Assembly: GCA_052327205.1 (NCBI GenBank)
Contig: CM126204.1
Coordinates: 104,222,001-104,286,000, forward strand
Reading direction: 5' to 3'
Source: Somniosus microcephalus
Taxonomy: Eukaryota
Length of the DNA stretch: 64,000 nt
Made by a program: the position numbers and the translations under genes. Positions 34,191 to 47,527 of this stretch are shown piece by piece. Within the stretch, counting starts at the first letter, position 1; every line of letters starts with the position of its first letter. Under the pieces are notes generated by a model that was not told the origin of the DNA, searched no databases, and worked only from the letters and a program-made list of their open reading frames with translations.

Positions 34191-36489
34191 TTAAAGAGAG
34201 CTTTACACTACTTTTAGATAAATATGAATTGAGTTTAAAAAAATCAACACATCCTAAAAACAGCAAAGATAGACATGATAGAACTGCAAGGAAACAGAAA
34301 CACCAATTGTACTTGGAAATCATCAAGATTTCAGACTAAAATGGCAGTCACAAAAATTAGCAACAGTAATCGACATCACAAACGTTTAGAATCTCAACCC
34401 TCTCCCCACCCCCATCCTTTAACGGTTTTACACTTTTAACGTATAAAGTACCCAGGATAGGCCAGCAGCACTCATCACCGAACCCAATTTGCTTCGGAAC
34501 AAATGAGACTGTATTGTGCCACTAAGCCCCCAAACTTACATGTCATTTAAACGCTTTATAAAATGTAACTTCATTGAGTCTCAAATCATATCAGCAAAAC
34601 AGCACCATATTCAAGCTTAAATAAACCTTAAACAAATATGTAAAATGCAAATCATATACAAGTATCATGCTACAATTTCTTTGTGATGAAAGATCCACTC
34701 GTTGTAAGAACATATGCATAATAGAAGCTCTATTTACAATTTGTAGCCATGCCATTCTCCAGTGCAGTATTAATGCTTTGAGAGTATTTATGTAAAGTAA
34801 AAGCACAGTACTGTATATCAAACAACATTTTGAAAAAGCTATTTAGAAAATGTTGTTGAGTAAAGGAAAGTTTGTAGTCCGTCAAAGTTCTCCAATTTTA
34901 TCTAGGTCAAATAAACAGCAGAATCACAGTGTTGTTATGGATAGATTGAAAATGATTTTTTCCAAGTCTAGGTTGTAGTATAATTCACAAAATTTAGTTC
35001 ACTTTTTTTTTTTTTTTAAACGAAATGCTCACAATGCAGGGAGATTTCCTCTGTGCACTACATCTATTGAACTTGTAAACCCATTTATAAAGAGACTTGT
35101 TTCCGATTTTGCTACGCAGATAGAACCTTCCTCAAATTTCTGCATAGGTCACAAATCAAATAAGAGTTTAAAAATACTAAAATATGCCACATAATTTGAA
35201 ATTAGATATTTTTAAAATATGTTGTTTTGAAATGACCTATATGACTTATGTGCTGTTAGCTGATGAATTCCACATCATTTTACCTGGTTACAGCAACTTA
35301 ATAAAGATTATTTTTTGCTCCAATGGATTATTCAATATGTTGATGAGATAGGTTGAAATGATCCGATTGCAGGTGGTGCAACTGGCAGGTGCTCCATTAT
35401 ATAGTACATATACTGTGGGATGTAGAACATGGATTGCCAATCTTGACTGTGTAGCCAGGACTGGCACCCAGTTGAATCCTATGAGTTGTCCCAAAGGAAA
35501 AAAAAATACACAGACAACAACTCACCATAGGCCACTCCCTCACACCTCTAATAGGCCAGCTAAAGAACAGCTTCGACATAGGCCTAAGAGGTCAGCCACC
35601 TGCCTGCCTGGAAGGGAATGGTGCATGGACTTGGATGACAAAGAGGGGACCCAAGCCAAAAGATTACAATAAATTAGATAATTCAGGTAAACAAATTGGT
35701 GAATTAACATGTCAAAATGGGTTATTTAACCTGCTCTGATAAAATAGATGATTGTGATTTTGTCCCTTTAATAGGGGAGTAGGATGGACACAGCTTATTT
35801 CCTTAATTGGTAAAGGAAAAAAGAATCATAATCAGTCTATCTAAAAATGAATGTGTTTTTTACCACTGAATGTGCAACATTAGTGCAGTAAAGGGTTCAT
35901 GTGCCACATTCTTTGCAGCACCAAGTTTACTGCATATTGCCAAGATGCAGTAAAATCTAATTAAGTGAAGGTCAAATAGTTAGCACGATAAAGATGCATT
36001 TCTAGTTGAAGTTAAAAACAGATCATTTCCATTTTATTATTTATGCAATATCTAAATAAAGGTTTCATTAATTACTAATGAAAAGTGATTTAGAACAAAT
36101 ATTATTAAAGGAAAATTTCAGGCTTCAAACAGCTTTTATTTAATACACAGAGCACCCTCCAGTACCTACTTCCCAGCAGTAAGTTCATTTTCATCATTTT
36201 ATTTACATAGCAAAAGCAAGTTTCATTCTGAAGATTGTCTATTTACTGCACAGCAGTCATTTCACTGCTTTGAAGAGATTCAGAGTTCTGTCACCAGGGA
36301 ACTGAAATATCTGTCTTTACTAATTTTAGTAAAAAAGAGACAGGAGTGAAAAGTGTTACAGTACTCTACTTTTTTTGATAAAATTAGGGAAAACAGGAAT
36401 TTTAACCCCTAGATGATGAAGTCAGAGTGTTCACAACAGCTGTCTGAAATACAAGAAACCAGAAACACTAACAAAAGGAAAGCTTTATA

Positions 36490-37372
36490 TGGAACATAGG
36501 AGCCGGAGTAGGCCATTCAGCCCCTCGAGCCTGTCCTGTCATTCAATTAGATCATGGCTGATCTGTATCTTAACAACATTTACCCACCTGGTTCCATATC
36601 TGTTAATACCCTTGCCTAACAAAAATCTATCAATCTGAGTTTTGAAATTTTCAATTGACCTAGCTTCAATAGCTTTTTGGGGGAAGAGAGGTTCCAAATC
36701 TCCACTACCCTTTGTGCGAAGTGCTTCCTGACATCTCCCCTGAACGGCCTAGCTTTAATTTTAAGGTTATGCCCCCTAGTTCTGGACTCCCCCCACCAGA
36801 GGAAATAATTTCTATCTATCTGCACTATCAACTCCTTTAATCATCTTAAAGACCTCAATTAGATCACCCCTTAATCTTCTATATTCAAGGGAATACAAGC
36901 CTAGTCTATGCAACCTGTCCTCATAATTTAACCCTTTTAGCCCCAGTCTCATTCTGGTGAATCTACACTGCACCCCTCCAAGGCCAATGTATCCTTCCTT
37001 AGGTGCAGTGCCAAGAACTGAACAAAACGCTCCAGATGATGTCTAACCAGAGTTTTATATAACTGACATATCTTCCACCCTTTGTATTCCGGCCCATTTG
37101 AGATAAAGGCTAGCATTAGTATTAGTATTTTTAAATATTTTTTGTACCTGTCCACTAGTTTTTAAGTCATTACTGTACATGGACCCCTAAACCTTTGCTC
37201 CTCCACAGTTCCTAGCTTCTTACCATTTAGGAAATGCTCTGATTTTTCTTGTGTCCAAAGTAGATTACCTCATACATCCTCACATTGAACTCAATCTGCC
37301 ACAGTTTTGCCCACTCACTTAATCTATCAGTGTCCCTTTGCAACTTTCTGCTCCCATGTACACTACTTACTT
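36490..37372 (-). mobile_element. 5'-truncated CR1 LINE
   Basis: LYKTLVRHHLERFVQF and SRTRGHNLKIKARPFRGDVRKHFAQRVVEIWN, plus a CR1 3' UTR at 36490-36560. Confidence 0.88.
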
Positions 37373-37559
37373 TCAACCTTTTTTTTCCCTGAGATAAAAT
37401 GGACTTAACATCTTAAGTTAACTGCCTTCTGAAGAGGCCAAGCAAGCCACTCAAGGGCAACTAGGGATGGGCAATAAATACCGGCATTGCCAGTGATGTC
37501 CACATCCGGAGAATAATTTTTTTAATTAATAACATAGTTAGTTTGAAGTGCAATAGCTG

Positions 37560-37700
37560 TTATTTGTACAGAGAAGGTAGCCATTTTCCACAAAAAGCAA
37601 TGAAATGGAATGATGAGTTAATCTGTTTTTGATGGTATTGGTTGAGGGAGGAATGTTAGTCAGGACACTAAGAGAACTTCTTGCTCGTCTTCAAATTTGT
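37560..37700 (-). mobile_element. Deu-domain SINE fragment
   Basis: AATCTGTTTTTGATGGTATTGGTTGAGGGAGGAATGTTAGTCAGGACAC is the reverse complement of the domain at 11000-11055. Confidence 0.6.
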
Positions 37701-40036
37701 CATAACCAGTGTTAATTAAAAATTAGTCATTTAAAAAAATTTAAGTGAAGCTCAGAATTTATATTTTGAAAAGCAAATCATTTCTGAAGTATAAAATGTG
37801 TAGGTTTACATCATTGTTGTTTCTATGAACCCCCATTCCCCCCCAACCCCCCCCACTTATTTCATACTTTTTTCTATCTCTCTCTTTCCCTTTCTTTCTC
37901 TGTCTCGCACATTAGTTATGGATCCCTGTTTCATTTCTGGTCAAATCCATGCTTCTTTATGAATATCTGTCAAACTAATAGATTTTTAATGTGGTATAGA
38001 AATTTAAATTATGTATGGATACTTTAAAAAATATTCTAATATGGATAAAATGCAAGACATATCTATCCAAATTGGTTCCCCTAATACAGACCATAGAATC
38101 TGTCCTAAAAATACCCATAAATCAGGCCCGAGATGCCCAACACATAACCAGATGATCACACTACCCGATTCCAATAGCTTTGCATATGTTTGCAGTTTTC
38201 AAAGGCTGACAGTTATATAAAGGCGGCATTTGATTTGTTAAACCACTCCAGTTGAAAAGACGTAACTCGATAGCAGCTTAAACAGAGCAAGTGTAGCCTT
38301 ACCCTTTAAAGCAAGGTGCTGCCACATCTGCAGTTTCTATATTTTGGAATATGGGTTTTTAAGTCCCTTGTGTCTCAATAGTGCATAGCACTGCAGGTGT
38401 GATGCCCCGCTCTTGCCCCTCTCTGTTTACAAAGCAAAAAATGTCTGTTCCTTTATAAATGTACAGATGCATTTAAATGTGACATTGCAGTTTTATCAAT
38501 TCAAATAATATGTAACAACAAAGAAAGTATATACATCCCAAATTTATGAGAACAAGGGGTCAGACTTGTATATGGTTTTATAATGGTGCCTAACATGTTG
38601 TGCTGGTCATATAAATCTGCTCATGAAATTCTCATAAACGCACAAAGGCCTCACAGGTTCACGATTTTATAATGCAATTAATGTGGAACAGTTCGGGAAA
38701 GCCACCGTTTCCTTTTGCCACCTTGCTTGCAGTATTTAGGCTACATGGTGCATGCACCAGTGATTTGTTTGAAATATGGTTGTTGGTGTACGAAGAGATG
38801 CCAATAGAAACACGCCCGCAGGCACACTAAGGTTTAAAGCTACAGTGTCCTCCATTTGATGAGACTAAATCTGGAGCACTTGCAACGACGATGTTAGTTT
38901 CAACAAAAAAAATTAAAAGAATTTATTTGGCAAATTAAACCATTTTTATATATTAAAAGGAAAAAAAATCAGCGAATGCTGGAAATTTGAAATGTACACA
39001 GAAAATAATGGAAATGCATAGCAAGTCAGTCAGCATTTGAAAGAAAACAAGGTTTCAGGTAATTTCTGGGTTCTGCTATGTATTTCCAACATTTGCTCTT
39101 TTTATTACCTACACATTTTTAATAAAGTTTAAATTATTAATGAAAATATTGTAAATTCTTCTCTGTTGTTGGTCAAGTGCTGCACTCCTACTGCTCAAAA
39201 CATACAGGAAGAGTCAGCAAATGGGTGTTTTCTGGACAAGGATAAGTGGGGGTCTAGACTAAGTGTAACCTAATTCATAAGTTATTTAATAAAAGTTTCC
39301 AAAAATGTCTTTATATTTTGAGTCAGGCATGATTTCTGAATACAAACAGATCCAACATTTTTGACAATGATTTTAAACACAAGTAGGAAAATGTTTACAA
39401 AAAAATTAATTACGTTTCTATTTTATAAATTATTACGGGTTGAGTCTAAATAGTCACCCCTTAGCGACACTTCAGAGATTTCCACCTTTTTACAGGAGCA
39501 CAGAGAGTGATTACCTACTCACTCCCCCTCTCAAAGTGGAACATGTACAACAAAAGGAAGTGTGCACCAGCATTATCTCCCTCCTTTTTTGTACTCTTTG
39601 GAAAAGGACAGAAATGAATGATATCTTAGTTATTGTACAACATGAAAAGGTTAATCTATTACCTGGTCTGCATGTCAAAACTTTGCACAAATCAGATACT
39701 GAAAGGGTTCAGTTAATACAACAAAAACATAATTAACACTAAAGAAAAAAAATATAAGTTAAAAGCTACTGTTGGCAATATTACCAGAAAATGTTTTAAC
39801 ATGTTTGTATGACAAACCTATATTTATTATTTTAACCCAATGATCAATGTCCCTGTCATGATAGTGGACAGAGGAATGTCATGCAAACATCTTAATTACA
39901 TGCTTGCTAATATTGCCAAAAGTAATTTCTAGCATGGATTGGTTTAGTTTATTCAAAGCTAGGAAAACATTTATCTTTCATTTTGAGCTTCAACTCAACA
40001 TAATATTTTTACATATATAAAAATATCAAATTGGCA

Positions 40037-40560
40037 GGCTCTCCTGGTGGGTCAGTTGGTAAAGACATTGGGGGTGAAATTGGTCTTCACCAGTAACGCA
40101 AAACATTGAAGTCAAATGGAAAGATCGGGCGCAGTGTAAAGCAGACTGCCGATTCGCTACAAGCCCGTTTTGTGCTACTGGCGAAGACCAATTTCACCCC
40201 CATTATATAGCTGAGCCAGATAGACTAGAAGATCCCAGGTTCGATTCCCAGACTGTGCCAAGTTAGCTGATCTCAACCAGAGTAGCAGCAAAGATGCTAG
40301 AATTGGCCTCAGTGCTCCTAGGCTAGAGAGGGGAAAGCCAGCCAGGATCCCGGCTTCCGATTCTCATCCTGCTGGAAATGTGTCTGAGTGGGCATTGGAA
40401 GAGGACAGGATCAGGCTTGCTGTAATGCCTTCAGTGGTCAAATAGCTGGTGGACATTCACCACCTGGGCACAAATATGGCCACTTGAGTGAAGTACTTGG
40501 GGGAGCTTGTGAATCTGTACCCCAGCAGTAATCAATGCCTTCAGTAGAGGGGAGAAAATG
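40037..40560 (+). mobile_element. tRNA-derived SINE interrupted by a MITE between its A and B boxes
   Basis: A-box-like TGGTGGGTCAGTTGG, B box GGTTCGATTCC at about 40238, and a body shared with 33750. Confidence 0.7.
40070..40201. mobile_element. 132-bp Harbinger-type MITE with 35-bp TIRs and ATT TSD
   Basis: TIRs GGGGGTGAAATTGGTCTTCACCAGTAACGCAAAAC and GTTTTGTGCTACTGGCGAAGACCAATTTCACCCCC. ATT occurs at 40067-40069 and 40202-40204. Confidence 0.9.
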
Positions 40561-40751
40561 GCCAAAAAGATTAGATATTTTAATGTTATAATATTGACTA
40601 AAAAAAAAACCATGCGTGTGGACATTCCTTCCCTCTTATTACACCCTTGTATGAAAATCCTAAAACTATTAGTAATCCCTAGTTTCTTTATGGTAATAGT
40701 AGCTAGTTCCAGGCCAATGGTTTTCTTGGCAACTTTTTTTTTTTTTTTATA

Positions 40752-40927
40752 AACTTGTTGCTGATTTTGCCTCACTCCTGTGTGTTAGTTTTTTTTTACT
40801 TGTTGCTGATTTTGCCTCACTCCTGTGTGTTAGTTTTTTTTTTACTTGTTGCTGATTTTGCCTCACTCCTGTGTTAGTTTTTTTTTTACTTGTTGCTGAT
40901 TTTGCCTCACTCCTGTGTGTTAGTTTT
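40752..40927. repeat. Tandem repeat, four copies of about 45 bp (ACTTGTTGCTGATTTTGCCTCACTCCTGTGTGTTAG-polyT)
   Basis: Four visible copies differing in T-run length and one GT dinucleotide. Confidence 0.92.
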
Positions 40928-41401
40928 GCCATTAACTACTTATACATTGTTACTGAAATGAAAGAAATATCTGGCTTAAATAAAATTTCAATTTGTTGGC
41001 CACTTTGAATTTATTTCAACTTTTTGATTTTGTTACAGGCTTAACAAACCTATGGGTCTAATTTCATTGGTGAACTCCGATCAATCCTGGTGCTAAGCAG
41101 TTAATATCAGTGGCTCTGCGGAATATGTGGTGAACATTATTTAAAATAGACTGTGACTGGGGAGTCAACAGGAGGGGGATTAAAAGAAAGGATCTAAATT
41201 GAAATGTTACCCCACTGTTACTTCAATGAAGACTATCCTAAATTGATCTTTTATTTCTTAATAATGTAACGTATTTGAGCATATTGGAACCAAAGTCAAT
41301 GACGATCCACCATTCAACATCAGTCATCAGTCTCAAACATGGTTAATTTGTTCCCATTTGACATCGACCACAGGACATTCAAGATGCAGATCTGGGGTAT
41401 A

Positions 41402-41670
41402 TCTCACAGTAGCACAGCCTCCCCTCGTCTCTAATCTCGGGGCACAGGCCTCCCCGCTCTTCTCCGATCTCACAGTAACACAGCCTCCCCTTCGGTCTCT
41501 AATCTCGGGGCACAGGCCTCCCCTCCCTTCTCCAATCTCACAGTAACACAGCCTCCCCTTCGGTCTCTAATCTCGGGGCACAGGCCTCCCCTCTCTTCTC
41601 CGATCTCACAGTGGCACAGTCCTCCCCTCCCTTCTCCAATCTCAGTGGTACAGCCCTCTCCTCCCTCTGC
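41402..41670. repeat. Tandem repeat of about 66 bp (about 3.5 copies) built from two related half-units
   Basis: ATCTCACAGTAACACAGCCTCCCCTTCGGTCTCTAATCTCGGGGCACAGGCCTCCCC.. is repeated. Confidence 0.85.
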
Positions 41671-41742
41671 AATTCTAACGTGGCCATTGATAGCCATGTC
41701 ATCAAACTTCTAAAAACAAATCAATTAAAAACAATTCAAATC

Positions 41743-42010
41743 AGGCTCCCTGATGCTCAGTGAGTAAATGCACTGCTCAATGTGATTCTGAACCGCGCAG
41801 ACCAGGTTCAATCCATGTTCTACACCGGGTCAGTTGATGTAGGCCATGGAGACAGAGAATGAATACAGTCAGCCTCAGCACCCAGAGAAGGGTAAAAGAA
41901 AATTCCAGGGCTCTCGTCGCTGCTTGCTTACCAGTAATCCCTGCTGGGAAGTGCATGTGTGCAGATGTCATATTGGGGTAGGATTGGACTGTGCCCACCT
42001 TTGGAGTCAC
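41743..42010 (+). mobile_element. tRNA-derived SINE
   Basis: GGCTCCCTGATGCTCAGTGAGTAAATGCAC...CCAGGTTCAATCC head, related to 33750. Confidence 0.55.
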
Positions 42011-42949
42011 ACCTTATCGCAAGTCACTGCATTAAGATAGTTAAAGGAACAAAACTGAAAAAAATGTTTGAACACACTTGTGTTATAAACAGAACTTATG
42101 GTGATGGTTGAGGAGTTACAAGATATTTTTAACACCAAGATGGGACCCCATTGCAACTCACTTGTGATTAGATTTTCCCACACCTGTGTGAGGTATAGCA
42201 AATACCACCAATCCTCATCAAGTATTTGCTACTTATCTACCTCATATCATCTTAGCTCATTAGGGCCTCAACTCTCAAAACAATGTCTTACAAGCAGAAG
42301 GTGCAACATTGGCTGAGCAAGTACAGCAGCTACACTCAGCAGTTCACCTCATGGTCAGGTCCAGATATTTGGGGTTTAGTGATCAACTGATTTGTTGCAA
42401 TTTAACTAAACAGGTGCCTCCATTTTCAACTACTACCTGACCAACTGACCAACTATTAATTCTAAATGTAGAGACGGAGTGCACAAATATGAAGATTAAT
42501 TAATCATTTACTCTTTGGGGGGGGGGGGGGGCAGAATAGGCATCAATTAATTGTTCTATCTAGACACTTTGTTAGTGACGAAGAATTTATTGTATGCTTC
42601 ATTCATTTTCAATAAAATATGATTTTAAAAATCTTATTGGACACCCAATGGTCTACACAATCTAGCCAGATGACCGGTAACCCCTCACCCATGCAGGATA
42701 CAAACCTGCACATGGCACACTGTGAATTTGCTGGTTATCTGACATGTTAAACCCTTACAGAAGGCAGGTCATTTTCTCCAGCATGCTACCAAAACCTATA
42801 TAGGTCAGAGAAAGGGAGTCATTGCAGAGAGAAACCTCAGCTGGAGCAAAAGCTATGTACTTTGAGTATGCCATAAAAAAACAAATAACTAAATAAATTT
42901 AAAAACTAAAAAAAAAATGAGGAAAGCAATAAATAAGCACACACAAGGT

Positions 42950-45512
42950 TCACCAATTAGCTTTAAAATTTTTATTAATTTTTTTTCATAAAGGGACAAA
43001 ATGGGCATGTGAACAGGATAATGCAGACAACTGCCAAAACACAGACAGTGGTTTCCAATAGACTCCTGAACTTAACACAGACCAGAAACAAATACAATAA
43101 AAGCCAGGTTGTAATGACCTTTGGTCATCTAAACAAAAAAAAAATTAAAAAATAAAAATGAAAAAAAGATCAATTTAGTGCATCCGTTTTGAACAGCGCA
43201 CATAAGCAATAATAAATAGTGAATCCCATAGTAAAAGATAAATTTCAAGTTACAACAACAGCTTTTATTACAGGAATNNNNNNNNNNNNNNNNNNNNNNN
43301 NNNNNNNNNNNNNNNNNNNNNNNNNNNNNNNNNNNNNNNNNNNNNNNNNNNNNNNNNNNNNNNNNNNNNNNNNNNNNNNNNNNNNNNNNNNNNNNNNNNN
43401 NNNNNNNNNNNNNNNNNNNNNNNNNAATTTACTGCATATGAAGTTAGATGCTGGAATGTAGTAGGTGAGAGGTTAGGAGACAGAAGCACACTACAGAACA
43501 AACATTAGCTTGCAGTACTGTATACAGTATGGCAGCAGGAAGGGAAAGATATGTACAACCATCCGCTTTAACCATTGGCGCGACGTTCTAAAGTTTCCCC
43601 CAAGCGGCCGTTATACGACCTCTTATCTGTACAATGTCACGGGTGTGTTTTTTTTTGTTTGTTTGTTTTTTTTTGTTGAAACATACAAATAATTCGCACT
43701 ATATTATCCTGCCAAATTAAAAAAATATACTGTGGCAGCCTGTGTTTTTTTCCACTACCAAAAAAAGGTACGTTGATACCTTTAAAGAACAAGCAACAGT
43801 TAAAAATACAAGCTTCAATATAAATACTATAGTGCCTACACTAGGTGAACATTTATTTCAAATAACCATTCTAGAAATACAGAAAAGTAGAGACCATAAA
43901 TGTGTTTAGCATAGGAATCAACATGTGTGCATTTTCCTATAGTTAAAGTACTATATATATAATCTTAAACCTTTCCCCAATGCAAGTTTTATACAACCTG
44001 AAGAGCTGTGTATCCAAGGCAGAGTATCCACTAACTGTATAACATGTATGAGTCTTGACAACCACCAAGACACTGGAACCCTAAAATATAGTTCTCCCTA
44101 ACTTAATGAAGTGTTTTTTTAAAAAAAATTCTTACCATTTATACTTAAAAAATCTGTACAAAAATTCTTGCACTGTAGTAGCGAGATTATTTATTCTAAA
44201 TCGCCTGCAGTCCCATTATCGTCCGCTGAGGAGACGTGCTGTTAAATCGTGTTGCTTTACATTTTATATTCTTTTTAAGTTTAGCCAGGTGCACTATTCT
44301 AGTCAATGACTGGCAAATTGACACTAAACAATCAGTTCATTTTTCTTTCCTTAGTATTTTAGTAAGTTTTTTTCCCTTAATTATATGTTTGTAAACTGGG
44401 AAAATTGTACAGTGCACTTAATTGTCCTATCTGAGCTGTCTTTTATCCTTTTGTCTTTTTGCTCAGCCTCTGTACCCCTGATTAAAGAAAGGGCATAGAA
44501 GTCACAAGCGGAGTCAAGTGCGATTTAAATACAAGCTGGGGGTGGGTGGTTGGGCTGTTACGAGTATTAATGTATCATCTTTATGTTTATACAACTGCCG
44601 TGTGGTGTATGAACCAAGCATGACTTTAGGGATCACAGATGGATGCTGTGACATTAATGGAATTGTCAAGACTTTTTTTTCCTCCTTTGTTCCTCCTGTT
44701 TTTTACTTTCATTTTGCTTAAATATTGAGAATTGGTTAACTCACTGGTAGCCAAAGCTATCAGGTGCATGATGTGGAACCATCACTTGGGGCAACACAAA
44801 CCCAAGGCTACTCCTCCAGTACCTAACTGAAGAACAGAAAGAAAACCAATACAGTTTAAATAGATTCAAGGCACTCAGATTATTCTTTTTCCTTTAACCA
44901 AACAATAGTATTCACCCAATCACCATCATCAATTTTTTTTGCTTCTCCAAAAGTCAAGGCCAGCAATTGTTCTTATGTTCTAATTTAATATATTAACCCA
45001 TTGAGGACAGATTCTTCTTTTGGAAAAAAAGACGGCTTTAACAGTGCGAATTCCAGCCTGTCCATAGAGGGTTAAACAAAGGAATAAATTGGGGGAGGGG
45101 GTTCCCCCATTTTTGTTTTCCCTCTCTATGTTACAACTTAAACTGTACATGATATGTGTTACAGGACACTATGCAGCATGGTAGTCTTCTTTCAAAAACC
45201 AAAAAAAAGGACAGAGAAGGGTAGTTACTCAACACCAACTGAGGACAGAAGTAAAATTGCCGAACATACCATACATGCTGTCTAAAAGAAAAAAAAACAA
45301 TAACATACACAACACGTAAATTATTGCACAAGAGAAAGGCTCGAGTTTGCGTAAATGCAATAGTATTGCCCCGATACAAATCATGCATTCATCAGTGACA
45401 TTAAACCAGTCGTGCTGGCATCAAGCACATGTTCCTTACGTCCTCAGCTTCCACTTCGTTTTGATCACAAGAGAATAGAAAAAAGCTATAGGGAACTTGA
45501 GCATCAATACAC
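42950..45512 (-). other. BCL11A: BCL11A 3' UTR (distal end approximate; AATAAA at 42971-42976 on the minus strand)
   Basis: It follows the stop codon directly, contains no recognisable transposon, is AU-rich, carries several miRNA seed matches, and resembles the amniote BCL11A 3' UTR as I recall it. Confidence 0.65.
43278..43425. other. Assembly gap (148 N)
   Basis: Run of N. Confidence 1.
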
Positions 45513-47527
45513 CTAATCAGTTTTTATATCATTATTTAACAAGCGCTCACTGTGCCATTTTTTCATGTGTTTCTCGAGGGTACTATACACGCTAAAAGGC
45601 ATCTGACAAATTTCACATTTGTAAACGTCTTTCCCCACCTGACCGTGCGTTTTCATGTGTCGCGTGAGCTTGCTACTCTGGGCACAGGCGTAGTTGCACA
45701 GGTCACATTTGTATGGTCTCTCGCCCGTGTGGCTTCTCCGGTGGACTGTGAGATTGCTGCAGTTCTTGAAGATTTTGCCGCAAAATTCGCACGTGTCACT
45801 TCGCTTGCCCTCTTTGGAGCTGGGCCGCCCAGGACCGGGTCCAGTGATGTGGGGCGTGCTCCCACCACTTCCTGTGCCACTCCGACCTGAGATCCCACCG
45901 TCCATTTCTCCTGGAGGAGTGGAAAAGCGTAAACTTCCATTTTCTGAAGAGTGCTCAGATGAAGTAGCAAAAGGCGATTGTCTGGAGTCTCCAAAGCTGA
46001 GGAATGGGTCTTTCATCTGTCGTGAGGCCGCATAACCAGCAAGCCACTGTGAGTAAACGTTGTCTGTGGGAGCCAAAGGTGCTGATGGCAGGTCAAAGTC
46101 TTTCTCAAGTTTAATGCGTTTGGAAAAAGGGCTGAGGGAAGTCGGGCTTCCCAATATAGGCTTCTTGGATAAGCCCCCAGAGGCCGATTCACCTGGAGAG
46201 GAACCTCTACCGTTGACTGTACCATCATCTGTGCGATCAGATTCACCAGCAACCGAGTCTTCATCATAAGTGTCTCTGTGAACTTCTGTTTCAGACGAGT
46301 GTTGAGTCCGCTTGTGTTTTTCAACAAGGACTTGGTGGAAGGCCTCACCATAGTGCTGCATTGTATTCATGGCAATGCTATGCATCACTTCAGGCAGAGA
46401 CCTCTTCTCCTCTACAGGCCTCGAGCTGTTCTCATGGTGACGCCCACCCTCTAGACTGACACCAAAGGCAAAATCAGGCCTATTTTCATTTTCAGGTTCC
46501 TCTTCCTCCTCTTCCTCCTCCTCCTCCTCTTCTTCCTCTTCCTCCTCCTCTTCCTCTTCCTCCCCGTTTTCTGGAATCATATTGGCGTCAGTTTCACTCT
46601 TGTACTTGGCTACGACAGACTTGAGGGCACTGCTGGCACTGCCAACAAGGTCACTAGTACCAGGTTCAGGAGAGCTGGCGGTGGAAAGCCCATCGTCTGA
46701 CTTGACTGTCATGGGTGAGGACTTGTGCAAATGTGTTTTCATGTGCCTCTTTAATTTGCTGGCCTGAGTGCAGGCGTGATCACAAAGGTGGCACTTGTAT
46801 GGTTTCTCACCGGTGTGGCTTCGGCGGTGCACTATCAAGTTGCTCTGAAACTTAAATGTTTTCCCACAGAATTCACAGGACTTGGACTTGAGCACAGGAG
46901 GGGCAGGAGGTGCTGCGGGCTGCAGGGGTGGGAGGGGCGGTGTGCTGAGAAATGGGGATTTGTTGCTTGATTGGAATGGTTGCAATAGCCTTTGCATAGG
47001 ACTAGGCCGGTTCGGTGACAATGGAGGAGTGGAGGTGTTGCCAGCCAATTCTCTAAGCCTCCTAGAGAAATCCATGGATGGTGGCTCTATAGGTATGGAG
47101 TTAAGACGCAGTACCCTGTCAAAGGCACTGGTGTGATGTGCTGCCGCCATAGCCATCTCCTCGGCACTCAGCCGATCCATTCGATGCGGGTCTAGGTGAT
47201 GCCGGGGTGGAGGGCTAAACAACGGAGGTGTAGGGGGAAAGCGGCCTTCTCCAAGCCCTGGAGTTTCCCGGGAGACAGGCCCAGACATTCTCAGCAGGTT
47301 GAAAGGACTATTGTCTGCTACGTGAAGTCCATGAAGAGGGGGCTGAGGGGCACAGTCTGCCCCAAGTCCTGAAGGAATGCCAACCCGTGGGGTCAAGGGA
47401 CTTCCATGCTCAGTCTCCAAATAAATTCGGAATCCATGGGTGTTCTGGGCATGTTGGAGGAGAAACCATGCACTGTTGAATGGCTGTTTGCAAGTTGTGC
47501 AAGTGTAACTGCTCGGCTCATCCTTTC
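45513..47527 (-). CDS. BCL11A: BCL11A (CTIP1) terminal large coding exon (exon 4 equivalent, XL isoform), six C2H2 zinc fingers
   Basis: Acceptor TTGTTTTCTCTTGCAG|GA (phase 1) leads into [16 protein letters not shown], followed by paired central fingers, a poly-Glu tract and three terminal fingers. The ending [30 protein letters not shown] fits BCL11A better than BCL11B. Confidence 0.95.

Noticed and set aside
40037-40260. tRNA gene
   Set aside because: It has A/B boxes but no cloverleaf, and it continues into a SINE body.
45552-47136. Plus-strand ORFs antisense to BCL11A
   Set aside because: They are shadow frames of the coding exon.
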